Positions 1 through 8,675 of a stretch of 32,000 bases of DNA are shown in pieces (within the stretch, counting starts at the first letter, position 1; every line of letters begins with the position of its first letter). Position numbers and translations under genes: made by a program. The DNA lies in contig NC_007614.1 in NCBI RefSeq assembly GCF_000196355.1, positions 300,001 through 332,000 of the forward strand, read 5' to 3'. A model generated the notes under the pieces. That model saw only the letters and a list, made by a program, of their open reading frames with translations. It did no database searches and was not told the DNA's origin. The DNA is from Nitrosospira multiformis ATCC 25196. GTDB lineage: Bacteria > Pseudomonadota > Gammaproteobacteria > Burkholderiales > Nitrosomonadaceae.

Positions 1-167
1 GAGTAAACAGGAAGGGGTACCATTTCACCGCCGCTTGCAATTGTTTTCGGCTCTTTACTCAGGAGGACGTCATTAAGCTGAACGCAACCCGACCGGCTTT
101 GCACCGATTTGTCGACATATCGGGTTTATCCTGGTTAAAAGTAGGCTAATTATCTGAATCTCCCGTT

Positions 168-1526
168 TTGAACACACTTCCAGATCCAGAAAGTAACATT
201 GAGGGCATCCATCGCTTTCGACGCCGCCACAGAATTGCCGCTCCCTTGTTTCAGCTCCTCGATTCGCATGTTTTCCTGCCGGCGTGTTTCATACTTTTCG
301 TGGCATTGCGCGTAGCCCTGATTTTCTTTGTGCCCGTTGAGATGACTTCCGATGCAAGCTGGTACTTCAACAGAGCGGTTGGCATAGCGAGCGGCGGCGG
401 CTATTCGGAAGCGGGGTATCCGACAGCCTATTGGCCGGTTGGCTATCCCGGCTTTCTTGGTATCCTTTTCTATCTTTTCGGTCGGGATCAATTGGTAGGG
501 CAGATAGCTAATTTGGTTATGGCAGCCCTCAGTTTTTTTCTGCAACTGGAGCTGACACGAAGAATTTTCCGGAGCGAAGCCGCTGCCCGCTTGGGCGTCC
601 TCCTGCTTACCCTATATCCGAATCATGTAGCTTATACGTCTTTTATCTTAACCGAGGTTTACTTTACCTTTTTACTGCTTCTTGGCGTATACCTCTACAT
701 CACAAGGAGCCGATGGTTATGGATATGGGTTTGCGGCATTGTCTTCGGGCTGGCCGCGCTGACCAAACCGCAAGCAGTGTTCTTGCCTGGTCTGCTGGTG
801 CTTTTTCACGTATTCAGCGCCGAGAGAAAGGATAGGCTGAGGCAGCACCTCATCAAGGGATTTGCAATCTATCTTGCTATGGCTATGGTGCTGGTCCCCT
901 GGGCGGTGCGGAACACGATGATTTTCGGGGAGCTCGTCCTGATTTCCACTAACGGAGGGGCAACGCTCCTGACCGGAAATCATCCCACAGCCAGCGGAGG
1001 CTATGAGGAAAACGATCCGCTGGTGGCCCAGCGCAATTTCTCGGTTCAGGATCAGGTGGAATCTGACCGGCGCGCAAAGAAGCTGGCAACCGATTGGATA
1101 AGGGAAAACCCCGTGCGGTTTGTAGAGCTTATCCCTCTGAAGATATGGCATCTGTGGTCCAGAAATGGCGAAGCGGAGTGGGCCTATCAGGCGGGGTACC
1201 GGTACTATGAGCAGTATAGCGGCGCGTTCCGAACCATGAGGTGGATAAATCAGATCTTTTATGCTCTGCTGCTTGTGGGCTCGTTCGCGGCAGCTTTCCT
1301 GTTGATAAGGCATCCCGATAAAGTCGCTTGGCCGTGGGTGCTCGTGGGATACTGCCTGATGATTTACCTGACCTTGATATCGGTGGTCTTTTCCGGGCAA
1401 CCCAGGTTTCATTTTCCGGCCATGCCATGGGCCATCATGTATGCAGCGTGGGCAGCCGTGATGATCACGGTGAATCAGACCCGGGAACGGTATGACGCCT
1501 ACGTCTCCAGAACATCGGATTTCTAG
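168..1526 (+). CDS. Polytopic membrane glycosyltransferase, GT-C fold (GT39/PMT_2, ArnT-like)
   Basis: 452-aa ORF with many hydrophobic segments. The early loop SDASWYFNRAVGIASGGGYSEAGYPTAYWPVGYPGF resembles the acidic/aromatic first periplasmic loop of ArnT/PMT-type enzymes. Start uncertain: TTG at 168 or in-frame TTG at 246, and no clear SD. Confidence 0.55.
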   Translation: MNTLPDPESNIEGIHRFRRRHRIAAPLFQLLDSHVFLPACFILFVALRVALIFFVPVEMTSDASWYFNRAVGIASGGGYSEAGYPTAYWPVGYPGFLGILFYLFGRDQLVGQIANLVMAALSFFLQLELTRRIFRSEAAARLGVLLLTLYPNHVAYTSFILTEVYFTFLLLLGVYLYITRSRWLWIWVCGIVFGLAALTKPQAVFLPGLLVLFHVFSAERKDRLRQHLIKGFAIYLAMAMVLVPWAVRNTMIFGELVLISTNGGATLLTGNHPTASGGYEENDPLVAQRNFSVQDQVESDRRAKKLATDWIRENPVRFVELIPLKIWHLWSRNGEAEWAYQAGYRYYEQYSGAFRTMRWINQIFYALLLVGSFAAAFLLIRHPDKVAWPWVLVGYCLMIYLTLISVVFSGQPRFHFPAMPWAIMYAAWAAVMITVNQTRERYDAYVSRTSDF

Positions 1527-1732
1527 AGCTGCAACCGTTTCCAGACGAACAGGCACGTGCTTGACGGATGCGCTCCGTCCGGTAAAGAGGCGGATAATTC
1601 CGATCTTTCCAGGTCTTCCCATTGCAATACGTCTTCACCTGGAAAAGTAAATTAAATCATCTCCACTTGAAGCTGTAATTAAGTAGAATTTGACCCGGGG
1701 CACCAGAAGATGAAGGAATCGGATCTGATCAT

Positions 1733-2683
1733 ATGCCATTGGAAATCAGCATTGTCTCCACCATGTACCGGTCGCGGCCGTTTCTTGACCGGTTCCTTGC
1801 CGAATCCCTGCAAGCCTTGTCTGCGATCAAGTGTGACCATTTTGAGATATTGCTCGTCAATGATGGCTCGCCGGATGAGTCCCTGGCTTACGCGCTCGAA
1901 CGCCGGAGAGACATCCCGCAACTCGTGGTGGTTGATCTTGCGCGGAACTTTGGGCATCACGCTGCTATACAGGCTGGATTACGGCATGCACGGGGAAATC
2001 TCGTTTTTCTCATCGACTGCGACCTGGAGGTGTCGCCGCTGGTGCTGGCAGAGTTTTATTCCAAACTACGCGAGACCAAATCCGACGTCGTTTTTGGCTA
2101 TCAGGACGTACGCAAAGGCGGGCGGTTCGAACAAATCAGCGGCGGTCTGTTCTGGAAGGGATTCAACCTGCTCAGCGATGTAAAGATTCCTGAAAACATT
2201 CTTACGGAACGGATCATGACGCGCCGTTACGTGGAAGCGCTACTGCAGATGGGCGACCGGAATCTTTTTCTCGGTGGTATGATGAGCTGGACAGGTTTTC
2301 AGCAGATCGGCCTGCCTGTCGTCAAGAAACAGCGTGAAGGCAGAAGCACATATACTCTCCTGCGACGTATCGGATTGATGATCAATGCAGTAAGTTCATT
2401 CTCCGCCCAGCCTCTGATCTGGCTGTTCAACATAGGCGTAGTGATTACCCTGCTGAGTTTCTCATTTGCATTCTATCTTGTATTGCGAAAGCTACTGTTT
2501 GACGACACCCTCATGGGTTTCACTTCAGTAATGACCATGATGATGCTCAGCCTCGGTATTCTCACCACGGCAATGGGCCTTGTTGGTATCTACCTGGGGA
2601 AGGTGTTCAATCAGGTGCAGAACCGTCCCAATTATATCGTGAGAAATATTTTTACCGCTGATGATCAACCTGCAACCGATTGA
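1733..2683 (+). CDS. GT2 polyprenyl-phosphate sugar transferase (ArnC/GtrB/Dpm1-like)
   Basis: N-terminal GT-A motifs ISIVSTMYRSRPFL, LLVNDGSPDES, ARNFGHHAA, FLIDCDLE. Two C-terminal hydrophobic helices (LIWLFNIGVVITLLSFSFAFYLVL; VMTMMMLSLGILTTAMGLVGIYLG), typical of the ArnC/GtrB architecture. Confidence 0.75.
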   Translation: MPLEISIVSTMYRSRPFLDRFLAESLQALSAIKCDHFEILLVNDGSPDESLAYALERRRDIPQLVVVDLARNFGHHAAIQAGLRHARGNLVFLIDCDLEVSPLVLAEFYSKLRETKSDVVFGYQDVRKGGRFEQISGGLFWKGFNLLSDVKIPENILTERIMTRRYVEALLQMGDRNLFLGGMMSWTGFQQIGLPVVKKQREGRSTYTLLRRIGLMINAVSSFSAQPLIWLFNIGVVITLLSFSFAFYLVLRKLLFDDTLMGFTSVMTMMMLSLGILTTAMGLVGIYLGKVFNQVQNRPNYIVRNIFTADDQPATD

Positions 2684-2780
2684 CAGGACAGTAACGCGGC
2701 GTCCTTCTGATTTAGAATGAAGAGCAAGGGATAATTAAAAAGCTCGTGCTCCATTTCTGCTTAAATAAAGGAAGATATTC

Positions 2781-3497
2781 ATGAGCCTGGAAAATGAGCA
2801 GGATCCAACCGCATATGATCGCACTTATGTCCTGGATAACCGGCTAACCCTACAGTGGTATCCCCAAAGAGTCGTTGCGATGGCGCAAACAGGCAGCATG
2901 TTGGAACTGGGCTTGGGGCATGGTTACTCCACCGAATATTTTGCAAAGACTTTTCAGCGCTACCAAGTGATTGAAGGCTCCCAGGAGATGATTGACCGTT
3001 TCAGAGAACACTTCGCAATCGAGGGCGTTGATATCGCGCAGGGGTATTTCGAGGATTTCGAGACTGACGAACGCTTTGATGCGATTGGCATGGGTTTTGT
3101 TCTGGAGCATGTGGACAATCCGGCTGCGATTATACGACGCTATGCGCAGTTCCTTTCTCCAGGCGGATCCATTTATATTGCCGTCCCGAACGCTGAATCC
3201 CTTCACCGGAGGCTGGGGCATGCTGCCGGCCTGCTTCCCGACATGTATGCTTTAAGTTCAGCCGATCTCGAATTCGGCCATAAGCGTTATTTCTCTCTGG
3301 AATCGCTGGTTGAAATGGTAGAGGGTGAGGGATTGGAGATACGCAAGGTTGAAGGCCTCTTGCTCAAGCCGATCACGACGCAACAGATACTCGATTTGAA
3401 TCTCAGCGAAGCAATCTTGCAGGCCATGCTCAAAGTAGGCGTTGATTATCCCGAGCTATGCAACTCTTTACTGATCCAGGCGAGCAAGCTCCGCTAG
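2781..3497 (+). CDS. Class I SAM-dependent methyltransferase
   Basis: Motif I MLELGLGHG, acidic loop VIEGS, post-I region FDAIGMGFVLEHV, GGSIYIAVPN. AAGGAAG SD-like sequence upstream of the ATG. Confidence 0.75.
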   Translation: MSLENEQDPTAYDRTYVLDNRLTLQWYPQRVVAMAQTGSMLELGLGHGYSTEYFAKTFQRYQVIEGSQEMIDRFREHFAIEGVDIAQGYFEDFETDERFDAIGMGFVLEHVDNPAAIIRRYAQFLSPGGSIYIAVPNAESLHRRLGHAAGLLPDMYALSSADLEFGHKRYFSLESLVEMVEGEGLEIRKVEGLLLKPITTQQILDLNLSEAILQAMLKVGVDYPELCNSLLIQASKLR

Positions 3498-3548
3498 CAC
3501 AGGCGTCCAGCGCCATCATAAAAACCTGAACTGGCTGCGTAACAGGAA

Positions 3549-3974
3549 ATGCAATTTTCAATGCAGGCGTTCGCTCTTCGCTTCCACCATTTTGGTCTGG
3601 CCAGCAGACGGCCGGAGCAGACGCTTAAGTTCCTCAAGGGGTTGGGCCATGAAGTGGCTAGGCAGGTCTACGACCCGCTGCAAAACGTGAATCTCTGGCT
3701 GTGCCCCCATTCTTCCATGCCTACTGTGGAGTTGGTCGCGCCTGCGGAGGGGCAGGGTCCCCTGGATGCAATCCTCACCCAAGCGAGCGAAAGCATTTAC
3801 CATCTCTGTTATGAAACCGAAAATCTCAAAGCCAGTCTTGAAGCCTTGAAGGCAGGTGGATTCCGCGTAATTTGCGTATCACCTCCAAAACCTGCAATCC
3901 TCTTCGATGACAGACGGGTCAGCTTCTATATGATTAAGGATTTTGGCATAATCGAATTGCTGGAATCCCGTTGA
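3549..3974 (+). CDS. VOC-fold protein (glyoxalase / methylmalonyl-CoA epimerase-like)
   Basis: 141 aa with the paired beta-alpha-beta-beta-beta signature FHHFGLA ... VELVAP ... YHLCYE ... GIIELLE, typical of MCE/glyoxalase I-like proteins. AGGAA precedes the ATG. Confidence 0.6.
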   Translation: MQFSMQAFALRFHHFGLASRRPEQTLKFLKGLGHEVARQVYDPLQNVNLWLCPHSSMPTVELVAPAEGQGPLDAILTQASESIYHLCYETENLKASLEALKAGGFRVICVSPPKPAILFDDRRVSFYMIKDFGIIELLESR

Positions 3975-3989
3975 CGATATCGGAGAAAA

Positions 3990-5768
3990 GTGTTTACAGC
4001 AGTTTCCTCATTCCCCGGGGATATTCCCCCGACCCTGTCGGATCTTATCAGTACCTCCGATACCATGGATGCCGCAATGTCCTCTACGGCTCCCGCATAT
4101 CGCTTCGGTTTCTTACGCAACGTAACGCTGGAAGGAATTGAGCCTTATCTGCGCTACCACATGTTGAGGATGGGACTGCGGCCTGAGCTGATCTTTGGAG
4201 GTTATGGATCCATCCGTCAGGATCTGATATTACCCGACTCACCCTTGGTCAAATATTGTCCAGATCTTCTAGTAACGGCGTTTATGCTTGAGGAATTGGA
4301 TCCGCATTACGGTCTCCCCGGGTGGAACGCATCCCATTGCCGGGAGGAGTTGAGTACTATTTTTGACGCCTTGGCGGCCAGCGACGCCCCCACCATCAGC
4401 CTCAATACGTTCATCGTTCCCTTTCGCTCGGAGACTGGCACACTCATCGCGGCTCAGGACATTGCGAGCGAGGTCATCAGACTTAATGATTTTGTCCGGA
4501 CCTTTGTCCGTGAGCACAGCCCGCGTTTCTGTATAATGGACTGGGACCGGCTTGCCCACCGTATTGGCGAGGCCGAGGCCATGGACTACCGGTACTGGTA
4601 TATTTCCAAGGCCCCATTCAAACGATCCTTTCTCGATGCCCTGGCGCGGGAATTAACGAAAGTTGTGCTTGCCCTCAAGGGGCATACCAAGAAATGCCTG
4701 GTCCTGGATTGTGATAATACGCTTTGGGGCGGCGTTGTCGGAGAGGATGGCATTGAAGGTATCCATCTGGATGGTCATGATTATCCAGGGCGGGCGTATT
4801 ACGATTTTCAGAAGACTGTCCTCCAATTGGCCGAACGTGGCGTATTAATAACGCTTTGTTCGAAGAACAACGAACAGGACGTGCTCGATGTCCTCGACAA
4901 GCATCCCTGGAGCCTGCTCAAGCGCAACCACCTGTCCGGCTTCCGGATCAACTGGGACGACAAGGCTGCCAACTTGGTCGAGTTGGCAAAGGAGCTGAAT
5001 CTCGGTCTCGATGCTTTTGTATTCGTGGATGACAATCGGCGAGAGCTGGAATTAATACGACAGGTACTTCCTCAAGTGACAACCTTGCAAGTGCCGGACA
5101 GGCTCTATGAATACCCGGCATTGCTACAGCGAGATGGACTGTTCGATACGTTGATAACCAGCCAAGAGGATAAACTGCGAACCAGCCTTTATCAGACCGA
5201 AGCGCAGCGCAAAGCCGAACGAAATCAGCATCCGGATTTGGAGAGCTATCTTTTATCGTTGCAATTGGTGGTGAATATTCAAGTTGCAACCGACCGGGAG
5301 GCAATGCGGGTTGTACAGCTGACCCAGAAAACGAATCAGTTCAATTTAACGACCCGGCGCTATTCCGACCACGATATTGCACGGTTTCGCTCATCCAAGG
5401 ACGCCTGTGTCTATACCTTATCCGCCAGCGACCGTTTTGGCTCTCTTGGATTGGTAGGCGTATTTATAGTCCAACGCCGCCAAGAGACCGCCGTGGTCGA
5501 TTCCCTTTTGATGAGTTGCAGAGCGCTAGGCCGCCGCCTTGAGATAGCCTTTGTTCTGGAGTGCATGCGGCGTGTTGTAGCGGATTGGGGAATCCTCGCC
5601 TGGGAAGCAGAATACCTGTCCACAGCAAAGAACAGTCAAGTAGCGGATTTCTGGAGTACCCTTGGTTTTGCTCTGCTGGAACAAGCGGAAGGATACCGGC
5701 GCTATCGTTTGCAGGCCGCCATGCCAGAGATCGATCCACCGAGCTTTATTCATATTGAAAGAGAGTAG
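3990..5768 (+). CDS. FkbH-like HAD-IIIC phosphatase/acyl-loading protein
   Basis: HAD motif I CLVLDCDNTLWGG, motif II LCSKNN, motif IV FVFVDDN. C-terminal GNAT-like region VVQLTQKTNQFNLTTRRY ... LMSCRALGRRLE, typical of FkbH-family proteins. GTG start with GGAG 6 nt upstream; alternative ATGs at 4065 and 4074. Confidence 0.75.
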   Translation: MFTAVSSFPGDIPPTLSDLISTSDTMDAAMSSTAPAYRFGFLRNVTLEGIEPYLRYHMLRMGLRPELIFGGYGSIRQDLILPDSPLVKYCPDLLVTAFMLEELDPHYGLPGWNASHCREELSTIFDALAASDAPTISLNTFIVPFRSETGTLIAAQDIASEVIRLNDFVRTFVREHSPRFCIMDWDRLAHRIGEAEAMDYRYWYISKAPFKRSFLDALARELTKVVLALKGHTKKCLVLDCDNTLWGGVVGEDGIEGIHLDGHDYPGRAYYDFQKTVLQLAERGVLITLCSKNNEQDVLDVLDKHPWSLLKRNHLSGFRINWDDKAANLVELAKELNLGLDAFVFVDDNRRELELIRQVLPQVTTLQVPDRLYEYPALLQRDGLFDTLITSQEDKLRTSLYQTEAQRKAERNQHPDLESYLLSLQLVVNIQVATDREAMRVVQLTQKTNQFNLTTRRYSDHDIARFRSSKDACVYTLSASDRFGSLGLVGVFIVQRRQETAVVDSLLMSCRALGRRLEIAFVLECMRRVVADWGILAWEAEYLSTAKNSQVADFWSTLGFALLEQAEGYRRYRLQAAMPEIDPPSFIHIERE

Positions 5769-5776
5769 GCATTGAT

Positions 5777-6013
5777 ATGTCTGATATAGAGAATCGCACC
5801 CGTGACGTTATGGCGAAAGTCCTGCAAATCGCACCGCAAGATATCTCTCCGGACATTTCACGTAAGAATCTTCCCGCGTGGGACTCACTCAAGCACATGA
5901 ATCTGATACTGGCCTTGGAGGAGGAATTCGGCATCGAGTTCAGTGACAAGGAAATAGCCGATCTAAACAGCCTGCACCTTTTAGTGGACGCTTTGCGGAC
6001 CAAGCATTCATGA
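5777..6013 (+). CDS. Acyl carrier protein
   Basis: 78 aa with the phosphopantetheine attachment motif WDSLKHMNLILALEEEFG (DSL Ser). Lies immediately downstream of the FkbH-like gene. Confidence 0.8.
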   Translation: MSDIENRTRDVMAKVLQIAPQDISPDISRKNLPAWDSLKHMNLILALEEEFGIEFSDKEIADLNSLHLLVDALRTKHS

Positions 6014-6690
6014 ATGGTCAGTCCGATAGGCCTTTAGTCATCTTCGGCGTGGGAGAACTGGCCCAGCTGGCCTGCTATTACTTTACCCATGATAGCCCCC
6101 GCCGCGTCGCTGCTTTTACCGTAGACCGCACCCATTTCCGGGAAAATCAATGCATGGGGCTACCGGTGCTTGCCTTTGATGAGGTAGATACGCGCTATGC
6201 GCCCGAGGAATACGATATGTTTGTGGCCTTGGGCTATACCCGACTAAATCGGGCCAGAGCCGAAAAATGCGTGGAAGCCAAATCCCGTGGCTACCGGCTG
6301 GCGACATATGTCAGCAGTCGAAGCGTGACTTGGCCCGATCTGATCGTCGGCGAGAACTGTTTCATCATGGAGGGAAACGTAATTCAGCCCTTCGTGCGAA
6401 TAGGCAACAATGTCATCATCTGGTGCGGCAGTCTTGTCAGTCATCACGTCGAAATTGACGACCATTGCTTCATCGCTGCTCACGCAGTCATCTCGGGTCA
6501 TGTAAAGATAGGTGCTCACAGCTTCATCGGTGTAAACGCAACCCTACGCGACAAGATAACTCTGGCGGAGCGCACTCTGCTCGGTGCGGGTGCTCTGGTC
6601 ACCGCCAGTACTGACGAGAATACCGCGTACCTCACTGCACCCAGCCAGGAAGCTGGCGTACCCAGCCATCGGCTGCAATCCTTGCTCTAG
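6010..6690 (+). CDS. Left-handed beta-helix sugar N-acyltransferase (NeuD/PglD/VioB family)
   Basis: N-terminal Rossmann-like LVIFGVGELAQ followed by hexapeptide repeats IGNNVIIWCGSLVSHHVEIDDHCFIAAHAVISGHVKIGAHSFIGVNATL. ATGA start/stop overlap with the ACP gene. Confidence 0.75.
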   Translation: MNGQSDRPLVIFGVGELAQLACYYFTHDSPRRVAAFTVDRTHFRENQCMGLPVLAFDEVDTRYAPEEYDMFVALGYTRLNRARAEKCVEAKSRGYRLATYVSSRSVTWPDLIVGENCFIMEGNVIQPFVRIGNNVIIWCGSLVSHHVEIDDHCFIAAHAVISGHVKIGAHSFIGVNATLRDKITLAERTLLGAGALVTASTDENTAYLTAPSQEAGVPSHRLQSLL

Positions 6691-6702
6691 CAGAGCCATA
6701 TC

Positions 6703-7431
6703 ATGCAAGCCAGGCACAATAAAGTTGCCATCCTGCAATCCAATTACATCCCCTGGAAAGGCTACTTCGATCTCATTCACGACGTCGACCTGTTCATTTT
6801 CTACGACGACGTGCAGTACACCTTGAGAGACTGGCGCAACCGAAACAGGATCAAAACTCCCCGCGGGGTGGACTGGCTAACGGTGCCTACCAACGGTACC
6901 CGGCAGCATTTGATCTGCGAAGTCGAGTTTACCGACCCAAGGTGGCAATCGAAACATTGGGAAACATTGCGGCACAACTATGGAAAGACGCCTTATTTCG
7001 AACGCTACCGGCCGTTTTTCGAGGATGTCTATCTGGGCAGGCGATGGGACCATCTCTCTCAGCTGAATCAATATCTCATCGAACAAATTTCGCATCAATT
7101 CCTGGGCATTACCACGATTTTTGCAGATTCGCGCCGTTATAGAGCCACAGGGGAAAAACAGGCGCGCATAGTCGATCTGCTAACCAAGGCGGCTGCCTCG
7201 CTTTACGTTTCGGGGCCAGCTGCCAGGAGCTATATCGATGAAGCGCATTTTTCCCGGATCGGCATCGAACTGGTGTGGAAGGATTATGGCGGCTACCCGG
7301 AATATCCGCAATCTCACCCTCCCTTTGAACATGCCGTTACCATATTGGATTTACTGTTTCATACCGGACCGGAGGCGCCCTATTACATATGGGGATGGCG
7401 CGCCAACGTCGACTCAAACAACGATAAATGA
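6703..7431 (+). CDS. WbqC-family protein (function unknown, glycan-locus associated)
   Basis: N-terminus VAILQSNYIPWKGYFDLIHDVDLFIFYDDVQYTLRDWRNRNRIKT matches the WbqC-like family signature as I recall it. Confidence 0.7.
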   Translation: MQARHNKVAILQSNYIPWKGYFDLIHDVDLFIFYDDVQYTLRDWRNRNRIKTPRGVDWLTVPTNGTRQHLICEVEFTDPRWQSKHWETLRHNYGKTPYFERYRPFFEDVYLGRRWDHLSQLNQYLIEQISHQFLGITTIFADSRRYRATGEKQARIVDLLTKAAASLYVSGPAARSYIDEAHFSRIGIELVWKDYGGYPEYPQSHPPFEHAVTILDLLFHTGPEAPYYIWGWRANVDSNNDK

Positions 7432-7793
7432 TAAGTTATTTTTATATTTTTCTTACGATTGTCTTTACCGTTTACGGACAAATCGTGCTTAAGTGGCAGG
7501 TCATCGGTGCCGGTGAATTTCCAGCGAGCGCGTCGGACAAGATATTGTTTTTGGCCCGGCTCGTGCTCAATCCCTGGGTCATCAGCGGTTTCCTGGCTGC
7601 ATTCCTTGCATCGCTGACCTGGATGGCAGCAATGACTAAGCTGGAGCTGAGCCATGGTTACCCTTTCATGAGCCTCAATTTCGTATTTGTAATTGTTTTG
7701 AGCAATCTGCTGTTCCATGAAGCGATCACGATGCCGAAAATGCTCGGTCTGGGTTTGATTATCCTCGGCATCGCAGTCGGGAGCCGGGGTTGA
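7428..7793 (+). CDS. Small four-helix DMT/SMR-like membrane protein (ArnE/ArnF-like candidate lipid-linked sugar flippase)
   Basis: 121 aa with four hydrophobic segments. ATGA overlap with the WbqC gene and TTGA overlap with the next gene. Size and topology resemble EamA-half/SMR proteins such as ArnE/ArnF. Confidence 0.6.
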   Translation: MISYFYIFLTIVFTVYGQIVLKWQVIGAGEFPASASDKILFLARLVLNPWVISGFLAAFLASLTWMAAMTKLELSHGYPFMSLNFVFVIVLSNLLFHEAITMPKMLGLGLIILGIAVGSRG

Positions 7794-8668
7794 AAATCTG
7801 CTTGTCATGCAGCGCCAGATTTACCGATTCCGGGTGGCGATGTCCCGTTTGCTTCTCGACCCCCGAGCAGGTGGATGGGTTTCTCAGTTTTGCGCCAGCA
7901 CAGGCGAAATCTGATGAAGGATTTCAGCCGCATCACTTCAATGAGCTGGCGCAAGCAGAAGCGGAGCACTTCTGGTTTCGTTCGCGCAATCGACTCATCA
8001 TATGGGCGTTACATCGTTTTTTCCCGGATGCCAGGAAATTTCTTGAAATCGGTTGCGGAACAGGATTTGTGCTGTCGGGCATAGCACAGGACAATCCCCG
8101 TCTCGAAATCAGTGGAAGCGAGATTCATTCGGCGGGCTTGAGTCACGCGGCAGATCGCGCAAGGAACGCCACACTGTTTCAAATGGATGCCCGCGATATT
8201 CCTTTTGATAGCGAATTCGATGTCATCGGTGCTTTTGATGTGCTTGAACACATTGAGGAAGACTCGCAGGTATTGTTGCAAATGTTTCGCGCCATCTCAC
8301 CCGGGGGAGGTATGATTGTCACCGTGCCCCAACACCGTTTCCTGTGGAGTCAGCAGGATGAGCATGCGTGTCATGTTCGACGCTATGAAGCTCAGGAACT
8401 GCAGGATAAGGTGGAAAAGGCGGGATTTCGGGTGGAAAAGGCGACATCGTTTGTATCGCTGCTGTTACCTCTGATGTTCATATCGCGATTGTCCAAACGC
8501 AAACCTGTCGAGAACTATGACCCGACACAGGAGTTCAGGATCAAAAAATGGGTAAACACGATTCTCGAGGGAATCCTTGATCTGGAACGTCTGATGATTC
8601 GCGGGCGAGTCTCATTTCCGATGGGCGGGTCGCGATTGCTGATTGCCCGAAAACCAGCAGGGGCGTAA
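7790..8668 (+). CDS. Class I SAM-dependent methyltransferase with N-terminal zinc ribbon
   Basis: N-terminal CLSC...RCPVC (CxxC-x11-CxxC). Motif I FLEIGCGTGF, then DVIGAFDVLEHI and GGGMIVTVP. TTG start overlaps the upstream stop. Confidence 0.7.
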   Translation: MKICLSCSARFTDSGWRCPVCFSTPEQVDGFLSFAPAQAKSDEGFQPHHFNELAQAEAEHFWFRSRNRLIIWALHRFFPDARKFLEIGCGTGFVLSGIAQDNPRLEISGSEIHSAGLSHAADRARNATLFQMDARDIPFDSEFDVIGAFDVLEHIEEDSQVLLQMFRAISPGGGMIVTVPQHRFLWSQQDEHACHVRRYEAQELQDKVEKAGFRVEKATSFVSLLLPLMFISRLSKRKPVENYDPTQEFRIKKWVNTILEGILDLERLMIRGRVSFPMGGSRLLIARKPAGA

Positions 8669-8675
8669 TCACCAT

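Noticed and set aside
150-545. 131-aa - strand ORF at the window start
   Set aside because: It is antisense to the N-terminal membrane segments of the 168-1526 gene. It has no motifs and no SD, and is likely spurious.
717-1622. 301-aa ORF on the - strand, antisense to the GT-C-like gene
   Set aside because: It lies almost entirely within a + strand gene that has a coherent membrane-protein sequence. The antisense translation is Arg/Pro/Gly/His-rich and low in complexity, typical of shadow ORFs in GC-rich DNA.
1606-1645. Inverted repeat TTTCCAGGT-N22-ACCTGGAAA between the GT-C and GT2 genes, considered as a terminator
   Set aside because: It has a 22-nt loop, no downstream T-run, and sits inside what otherwise looks like one operon. 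At most it is a weak structure or a protein site.
8643-8675. N-terminal extensions from upstream alternative starts: TTG 8643 for the wecE-like gene, TTG 9928 for the GT4, TTG 22672 for the sulfotransferase, TTG 25227 for the deacetylase
   Set aside because: In each case a downstream ATG gives an N-terminus that matches the expected family start (for example MQIPFNKPY for WecE). The extensions overlap upstream genes or add non-conserved residues.
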